Of a stretch of DNA of 50,939 nucleotides, positions 47,872 through 50,939 are shown piece after piece. Under the pieces are notes generated by a model. That model was not told where the DNA came from and did no database searches. It was given only the letters and a program-made list of their open reading frames with translations. Source of the stretch: a bacterium (GTDB taxonomy: Bacteria > UBP18 > UBA7526). Position 1 is the stretch's first letter. Each line of letters starts with the position of its first letter. The translations under genes were made by a program, and so were the position numbers. The stretch lies in the NCBI GenBank assembly GCA_030615855.1, contig JAUWYL010000007.1:1-50939 (forward strand), in the 5' to 3' direction.

Positions 47872-47892
47872 TGCCCAACATAGGTTTATCTG
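47872..47892 (-). mobile_element. attI-like recombination site, copy 2
   Basis: ACAGATAAACCTAT-GTTGGGC; the 17 bp up to and including GTT are identical to those at 49316-49332. Confidence 0.5.
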
Positions 47893-47949
47893 TACTAATA
47901 AAATTACAATTACGGCTATTTCTACCCATTAAAATCCATACAAAAATAA

Positions 47950-47976
47950 GGGGTCAGGTGCAGCACGTTGTTATAT
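47950..47976 (-). mobile_element. Truncated attC site (left half) closing the RES cassette
   Basis: ATATAAC-AACGTGCTGCACCTGACCC; ATATAAC is the exact complement of the GTTATAT core at the cassette start (48558-48552). Confidence 0.6.
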
Positions 47977-48515
47977 ATTTAATTTTTTTCAATTGGTGCA
48001 ATTCGGTTTTTATAAATTCGGCGGCCTCAATATTAAACAAAACAACATTAAAACCAACTTGATTCAATGCGCTTTTGTACCGCAAACCATCATATTTTTG
48101 CTGCTTAAAAACCTCCGATAAATATTGTGTATGACAGTAATCCCATACAGGAAAATTTGGATCTGTAGGTTTGGCAAACGACTCATTAATTTTCTTCCAT
48201 ATATGGTTTTCAATCGAATGATCATCTATCTCCTTGGTCATATCAACTAATTTCACATGGTGGCCCCATTTCAGAAGCTTTATATGGAATTTTTTCCAAA
48301 ATATTGTCTTTGGAATAATCATTCCCTAATCTAGCTCTAAACAATGATATCCCTTTGCTTAAATTAATCTCCCTTTGCAAAGCAGATTTGATTAAAAAGG
48401 TTATGAAGTTATTTTCTTTTGCATTCAGTACGAATCTATTGGCCACTCGTCTTCGGATAACAAAACGTGCCCATGCATCTTTGTCATCAAAATTAAGTAG
48501 ATTGTTTTCAGACAT
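47954..48515 (-). pseudogene. RES-domain protein, frameshifted with an apparent internal deletion
   Basis: Frame 1 LFRARLG...EMGPP stops early; frame 2 continues VKLVDMT...TQYLSEVFKQQKYDGLRYKSAL...NVVLFN. The usual GRAN...YLY...AEVRP core is missing. Confidence 0.65.
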
Positions 48516-48551
48516 TCGGTCTCTGCCCATTTTCATTGAACAATATTGTTG

Positions 48552-48606
48552 ATATAACATCCGAAATCAGTGGTGCCTTAGCGTTCGCTGGATTGAGTTG
48601 TTAGAC
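48552..48606 (-). mobile_element. Complete short attC site (about 55 bp)
   Basis: GTCTAAC-AACTC-AATCCAG-CGAACGCTAAGGCACCA-CTGATT-TCGGAT-GTTATAT: inverse core, L boxes with one extrahelical base, GTT core. Confidence 0.75.
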
Positions 48607-48608
48607 AT

Positions 48609-49010
48609 TCATTTAGTAGAATATCGATTTATTAAAAAATCTAATGTTCTACGTAAAATAGGAAATGCCTTTTTTACGTCTTCATAGTTTCTCTCAGCAA
48701 GTTCTTCGTGAAGATAAAGATGAGATGTTGTATTACGCTGGTTGAGCATATCGAGCCAAACAGCTTCATCATGAAGCCAACCAATTCGAAATGATTCTTT
48801 CAGAGATTCTCGAGGCGTTTTAGTGTCAATGCCTTCATATTTAAGGGCGCGTTTTAGCGTTTTCCACATTAGTTCAATAACATATTCAAATCTGTGGATT
48901 GTTCCTTCAACTACAAGTTCTCGATCCTTAGGGATTTTTAAAGCATCTTCTAGTTTAATTATGGCTCTTTCAAGATTATTAAGGCTATCTTGCAATTTAC
49001 GAATGCTCAT
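48609..49010 (-). CDS. HEPN-domain toxin (HI0074-like nucleotidyltransferase substrate-binding protein)
   Basis: GTIHRFEYVIELMWKTLK, RNTTSH (Rx4H RNase motif). Confidence 0.88.
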   Translation of the reverse strand: MSIRKLQDSLNNLERAIIKLEDALKIPKDRELVVEGTIHRFEYVIELMWKTLKRALKYEGIDTKTPRESLKESFRIGWLHDEAVWLDMLNQRNTTSHLYLHEELAERNYEDVKKAFPILRRTLDFLINRYSTK

Positions 49011-49287
49011 AAAGAACAACTCCTTGTTTTATAATACGATTTTTTAATGGTATTGGTGTAGAGTCCAGATGAACAAGACATATCCAATATAATGAACGTG
49101 CTCGATATGCTTTATCCCGCAGGTAAATTATATCACGTTTCGTAAGTCGTGAACCAGATATTGCTATATCGACATCTGCTCTATCGTCATTATCATTAAA
49201 TACTCGTGAACCAAATAATATTATTTTTGCTATTTTTTCATGATCGACGAGAATTTTTATAAATCGGTTGACTGACGAGGGCAACAT
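48997..49287 (-). CDS. Minimal nucleotidyltransferase (MNT) antitoxin
   Basis: ILFGSR...DVDIAI motif; overlaps the HEPN gene. Start uncertain (49287, 49320 or 49335). Confidence 0.82.
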   Translation of the reverse strand: MLPSSVNRFIKILVDHEKIAKIILFGSRVFNDNDDRADVDIAISGSRLTKRDIIYLRDKAYRARSLYWICLVHLDSTPIPLKNRIIKQGVVLYEHS

Positions 49288-49311
49288 AATTTTATTATTT
49301 TTTATTTTTAT

Positions 49312-49332
49312 GTCTAACATAGGTTTATCTGT
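49312..49332 (-). mobile_element. attI-like recombination site, copy 1
   Basis: ACAGATAAACCTAT-GTTAGAC; GTTAGACAT is exactly complementary to ATGTCTAAC at the cassette end (48608-48600). Confidence 0.55.
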
Positions 49333-49357
49333 CATCTTCGCTACGCTCAGCTAACTT

Positions 49358-49451
49358 CACAGATTAGCACGGATTGACTAAACTGATGAGCACGGATTTA
49401 GCGATGAGAATCAGTGCTAATCCGTATCTTTTAATCTGTGCCCATCCGTGT
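49358..49451. mobile_element. 94-bp MITE-like hairpin element, copy B
   Basis: 91/94 identical to 19549-19642. Confidence 0.75.
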
Positions 49452-49464
49452 AGTAATTCCTACG

Positions 49465-50277
49465 TTATAGCTCGCCTTGATAGATAATTTCTGCATCACC
49501 TTCTAAATAGAGATTGGTGATCTTGGAATCAGAGGAATCAAAGTATACGGTCAGAATAGAACCGCTTCTAGTATATATCTTAGTGGGAGATTTTGTTCTG
49601 CCCAATAGATGGGCGATGATGGCAGAGGCAGTCGCTCCGGTCCCGCAGGCTAAGGTCTCATCTTCTACTCCCCTTTCATAGGTTCTAATATCGAGTGAGT
49701 CTTCATCCCTTACTCTGATAAAATTAGCATTCGTTCCCTCTGGAGCAAATTCCTGGTGATATCTAATCTTCTTTCCCAGTTCTTTCACCTTTGCCTTCTC
49801 CAAATCCTCTGTAAAGAGAACAATATGGGGAACACCAGTGTTGATACTATGAACTTCATATTCGCCACCTTCGGCTGAAAGCTTAAAATTCAATCTTGGA
49901 TTAGTTGGATCACTCATCTTTACTTTTACCCTATCATCAGAAACAACTTCTGCTTCCAGAATTCCAGCCATAGTCTCAATTTTGCATTTTGCATTTTGCA
50001 TTTTGCATTTTGCATTTATGTATAACGCAACGCATCTCGCCCCATTACCACACATCTCAACCTCTCCCCCATCGGGATTGAAGACCCTCATCTTGAAATC
50101 CGCCTTTTCTGAGCCTTCAATAAGCAACAGGCCATCTGCACCTATATTTATTTTACGTTTACATATTTTTTTAACAAAATCCAGCATCCAGGATCCAGTA
50201 TCCAGGATTTGCTTTTCTCGATTATCTATCACAACGAAATCATTCCCGCTGGCACACATCTTAGTAAACTTAATCAT
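49465..50277 (-). CDS. dapF: Diaminopimelate epimerase containing two heptamer-repeat tracts
   Basis: GNDFVVID, GADG, EMCGNGARC, NTGVPH, RTYERGVEDETLACGTGA. Confidence 0.95.
   Translation of the reverse strand: MIKFTKMCASGNDFVVIDNREKQILDTGSWMLDFVKKICKRKINIGADGLLLIEGSEKADFKMRVFNPDGGEVEMCGNGARCVALYINAKCKMQNAKCKIETMAGILEAEVVSDDRVKVKMSDPTNPRLNFKLSAEGGEYEVHSINTGVPHIVLFTEDLEKAKVKELGKKIRYHQEFAPEGTNANFIRVRDEDSLDIRTYERGVEDETLACGTGATASAIIAHLLGRTKSPTKIYTRSGSILTVYFDSSDSKITNLYLEGDAEIIYQGEL
49979..50013. repeat. (ATTTTGC)5 perfect tandem repeat inside dapF
   Basis: Five exact units, translated as NAKCKMQNAKCKI. Confidence 0.95.
50179..50206. repeat. (ATCCAGN)4 tandem repeat inside dapF
   Basis: atccagc-atccagg-atccagt-atccagg, translated as LDTGSWMLD. 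Confidence 0.85.
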
Positions 50278-50939
50278 TCCAAGCCTCTCTGGGCTATTTC
50301 AATCGCTTTTATCAGTGCTTTCGCCTTATTCATCGTTTCCTGATATTCTCTCTCTGGAATAGAGCCAGCAACGATTCCTGCTCCTGCCTGGATATAGGCC
50401 TGGTTTCCTTTGATAACTATGGTTCTAATGGTAATGCAGGTATCGAGATTCCCGGAAAAAGAAAAGTAGCCCACTGCTCCAGCATAGGGCCCCCTCTTTA
50501 CCGGTTCTAATTCTTCAATGATTTCCAGGGCCTTTTTTCTTGGGGAACCGACAACTGTCCCGGCAGGAAAGTTAGAGCGCAGAACATCGAAAGAGTCTTT
50601 ATCTTTTCGCAGTCTTCCGGTAATATCACTCACAATGTGCATCACATGGGAGTATTTTTCGATTGACATCAGTTCATTTACTCTCACGCTTCCTGGTCTT
50701 GACACTTTTCTTACGTCTCTCTTCCCTAAGTCAACAAGCATCATATGCTCTGCTCTGTCCTTAGGATGGGTAAGAAGTTCTTTTTCGAGAGTCTTATCCT
50801 CCTTTAAAGTCTTTCCTCGATGCCTGGTCCCAGCAATGGGTCTTACCTCAACAATTCCTTCTTCCAACCGCACTAAAATCTCTGGTGAGGAACCGATCAA
50901 TCTCAAGTCCTTACACTTTAGATAATACATATAAGGAGA
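50274..50939 (-). CDS. trpE: Anthranilate synthase component I (chorismate-binding), 3' part
   Basis: SPYMYY, GSSPE, RPIAGTR, AEHMMLVDLG, YSHVMHIVS, RGPYAGAVG, QAGAGIV; PabB cannot be excluded. Confidence 0.8.
   Translation of the reverse strand, partial: SPYMYYLKCKDLRLIGSSPEILVRLEEGIVEVRPIAGTRHRGKTLKEDKTLEKELLTHPKDRAEHMMLVDLGKRDVRKVSRPGSVRVNELMSIEKYSHVMHIVSDITGRLRKDKDSFDVLRSNFPAGTVVGSPRKKALEIIEELEPVKRGPYAGAVGYFSFSGNLDTCITIRTIVIKGNQAYIQAGAGIVAGSIPEREYQETMNKAKALIKAIEIAQRGLE

Noticed and set aside
763-50925. Plus-strand ORFs in the track (for example 1813-2148 Gly-rich, 28076-28615, 38773-39324)
   Set aside because: They are antisense shadows of well-supported minus-strand genes with no recognisable motifs.
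1-50939. tRNA, rRNA, IS transposase or prophage genes
   Set aside because: None recognisable by eye. A covariance-model scan was not possible.

Overview
Bacterial chromosomal window, probably from an anaerobe (inferred from AOR, an Fe-S dihydropyrimidine dehydrogenase and a Na+-pumping decarboxylase). Essentially every real gene is on the minus strand. In transcription order (right to left): partial trpE, dapF, a low-GC integron-type cassette array without an integrase (MNT-HEPN toxin-antitoxin pair, broken RES gene, lipoprotein, small membrane protein), dapL, gdhA, split transketolase, a biotin-dependent Na+-translocating acyl-CoA decarboxylase operon that also carries a biotin carboxylase, a family III CoA-transferase, AOR, a complete reductive pyrimidine degradation pathway (with a PreT-PreA fusion), nucleoside salvage genes plus three poorly characterised enzymes, and a large type IV filament cluster (2x PilB, PilT, PilC, GspG-like major pilin, two tandem H-I-J-K minor pilin sets, PilM-PilN fusion, PilO). 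The most striking unannotated structure is a pervasive family of hairpin elements made of degenerate 7-10 bp tandem repeats facing their reverse complements. They fill most intergenic spacers, nest inside each other, occur as near-identical copies in both orientations, bracket four-helix-bundle (IVP/bAvd-like) genes, and have been translated into prepilin leader peptides, protein tails and dapF loops. The metabolic block reads as a candidate energy-conserving route: pyrimidine -> beta-alanine -> malonate semialdehyde -> malonate -> malonyl-CoA -> acetyl-CoA + Na+ export. All calls come from motif recognition by eye; no searches were run.
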